A stretch of DNA of 64,000 nucleotides from Candidatus Binatia bacterium (lineage in GTDB: Bacteria > Desulfobacterota > Binatia > UBA9968 > CAXXLF01), in the NCBI GenBank assembly GCA_963664015.2, contig CAXXLF010000001.1, positions 736,001-800,000 of the forward strand. Reading direction: 5' to 3'. Made by a program: the position numbers and the translations under genes. The notes under the pieces are model-generated. The model did no database searches. It had not been told where the DNA came from and saw only the letters and a list, made by a program, of their open reading frames with translations. How positions within the stretch are numbered: the first letter of the stretch is position 1; every line of letters begins with the position of its first letter. Below, piece after piece: positions 61,264-64,000 of the stretch.

Positions 61264-61579
61264 TTCCTTTTACTCCTTTTTTGTTTCGTTCCTTTGCTAA
61301 ATTTTCACTTGAAACGTACGACCTCGATGAAATGGAGCTATCCCATGGGAATTCAACCGGTGGGCTAGCACTGTGGATAGTTACGTCCGTTTGTTTCAAT
61401 CCAGTTTGATCTTCCATCTTGCCCAGGCTTTCGACTACGACTCTTATCTCATCTAAGCCCGCGAGACGAAGGATTTGACCTGCCGATTCTCCAGTGACTG
61501 CCGCGATAGAAAATAATAGCCCGATGATCGCGCCCAAACGGACCATAAGCGAACTCCTCCTGTAGGGTGGTATCTTCAT
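61241..61579 (-). pseudogene. Probable truncated exported hypothetical protein
   Basis: Signal peptide, then LAGLDEIRVVVESLG..GLKQTDV. After that the sequence loses coding character and runs into the next gene's RBS. Confidence 0.4.
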
Positions 61580-61803
61580 ACACCGGATACAATGCTGTCA
61601 ACCCATAAACCCCTATTCGCGGTAACGGGATCGTAGCCGGAAAACATAACAACTAGGAGCTGAGGACTGACGGGTTACCTCCCATACCGGCAATGCCTTG
61701 CTTGACATCGATCATCGCCACGGCCTATGCTTTCCTACCCTCGGATACGAGGACAAACTCGACGTGATTTTAAATTTTGTCTGCGAGCGCAGGGGAGAAA
61801 ACA

Positions 61804-62571
61804 ATGTTGCTTGAAGGTCAGGTTGCCATGGTAACGGGGACGGGTCCTAACCTGGGGAGTGAAATCGCTCGGACGCTCTCTATCAACGGTGCCAAGGTGG
61901 CGTGCCTCGATGCCCGCGCCGACCAGGCGGAGAAGGTCGCCGATGAGATCCGTCAAAAGGGTGGAGAGGCACTGGCCGTGGTGGCAGACGTAACCAAGCC
62001 AGAGGACGTTCAGCGGGCCGTGGACAAAACAACCCATCAGTTCAGCGCCCTGCATATCCTGGTCAACAGCGCTGCCATATCGCCGCGAACTGCACTGTTT
62101 GACTTCAAATTAGAGGATTGGCGAAAAACGCTTGATATTATCCTGACGGGAGTCGTCCTGTGCACCCGTTACGCGGCTGAAAAGATGGTGGAGCAAAAGC
62201 AGGGGGGCTCTATTATCAATATCCGCTCGACATCGGGGTACCGGGGACGGACAGACGTCCTTGCCTATTCCACCGCGAAAGGAGGCCTGATGAACCTCAC
62301 CCGGAGTCTTGCCCTGACCCTGGCGCCTCACAAAATCCGGGTAAACTGCGTCACTCCTTCTTCTGTGGGCATTCCCCTCGCCAGTGACGGCCAAGGCCGT
62401 CCCCGCAAGGAGAGCGGCCCTCCCAACCACATTCCTCTCGGTCGATGGAGTGAGGTGGAGGATCCAGCTCAAGCGGTGCTATTTCTGGCCTCGCCCAATT
62501 CCAGCTTTATTACTGGTATCGACATTCCCGTCGATGGCGGCACACTAGCCAAGGGCGGCGGCGCCGGCTGA
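61804..62571 (+). CDS. SDR family oxidoreductase
   Basis: TGTGPNLG, LVNSA, YSTAK, IRVNCV, FITGIDIPVDGG; RBS GGAG before ATG 61804. Confidence 0.93.
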   Translation: MLLEGQVAMVTGTGPNLGSEIARTLSINGAKVACLDARADQAEKVADEIRQKGGEALAVVADVTKPEDVQRAVDKTTHQFSALHILVNSAAISPRTALFDFKLEDWRKTLDIILTGVVLCTRYAAEKMVEQKQGGSIINIRSTSGYRGRTDVLAYSTAKGGLMNLTRSLALTLAPHKIRVNCVTPSSVGIPLASDGQGRPRKESGPPNHIPLGRWSEVEDPAQAVLFLASPNSSFITGIDIPVDGGTLAKGGGAG

Positions 62572-62832
62572 TAACTCCGGGACCCGCATTCGTGGGGAAA
62601 GGCGAAGGGAAATTCTGATCATTCGTGCCTTCCAACTTGCCCTAATCCTATGCATTTAATAGACTAAGGTTAGGGTGCCGTCCTACCAACCAATTTGGGC
62701 CGCTATCGGCAACTTGAGTCCTTTACCTTTGGCGTCCCGCCGGGGTATTTGCCATCGGGTCCGTACGGGCAGAAACCGCTTATGAGAGATCTAAGCAGGG
62801 ATCGGCGGAGGCACTCGCGCTAGTTGACCTGA

Positions 62833-64000
<1,168 letters not shown>

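Overview
Moderately GC-rich bacterial chromosomal region that is almost entirely accessory catabolic and transport genes. The only clear housekeeping genes are mtgA and a thrC cut by the window edge. The window holds seven UbiD-family (prFMN) decarboxylase loci (five complete, one cut by the edge, one pseudogene) with no UbiX, and six paralogous ABC substrate-binding proteins with no ABC permease. It also has a phthalate-4,5-dioxygenase-type Rieske oxygenase/dihydrodiol dehydrogenase operon ending in two UbiDs, split ThDP decarboxylase subunits, cupins, amidohydrolases, luciferase-like monooxygenases, an HpaB-type monooxygenase, an orphan molybdo-hydroxylase large subunit, diiron proteins and a deiodinase-like protein. 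About a dozen genes are broken by in-frame stops, frameshifts or truncation. Two intergenic regions carry nested REP/MITE-like palindromes. No rRNA, tRNA, CRISPR array or transposase was seen. The gene-family profile resembles uncultured Binatota/'Deltaproteobacteria' genomes (inference only). All calls come from motif reading; no database searches were run.
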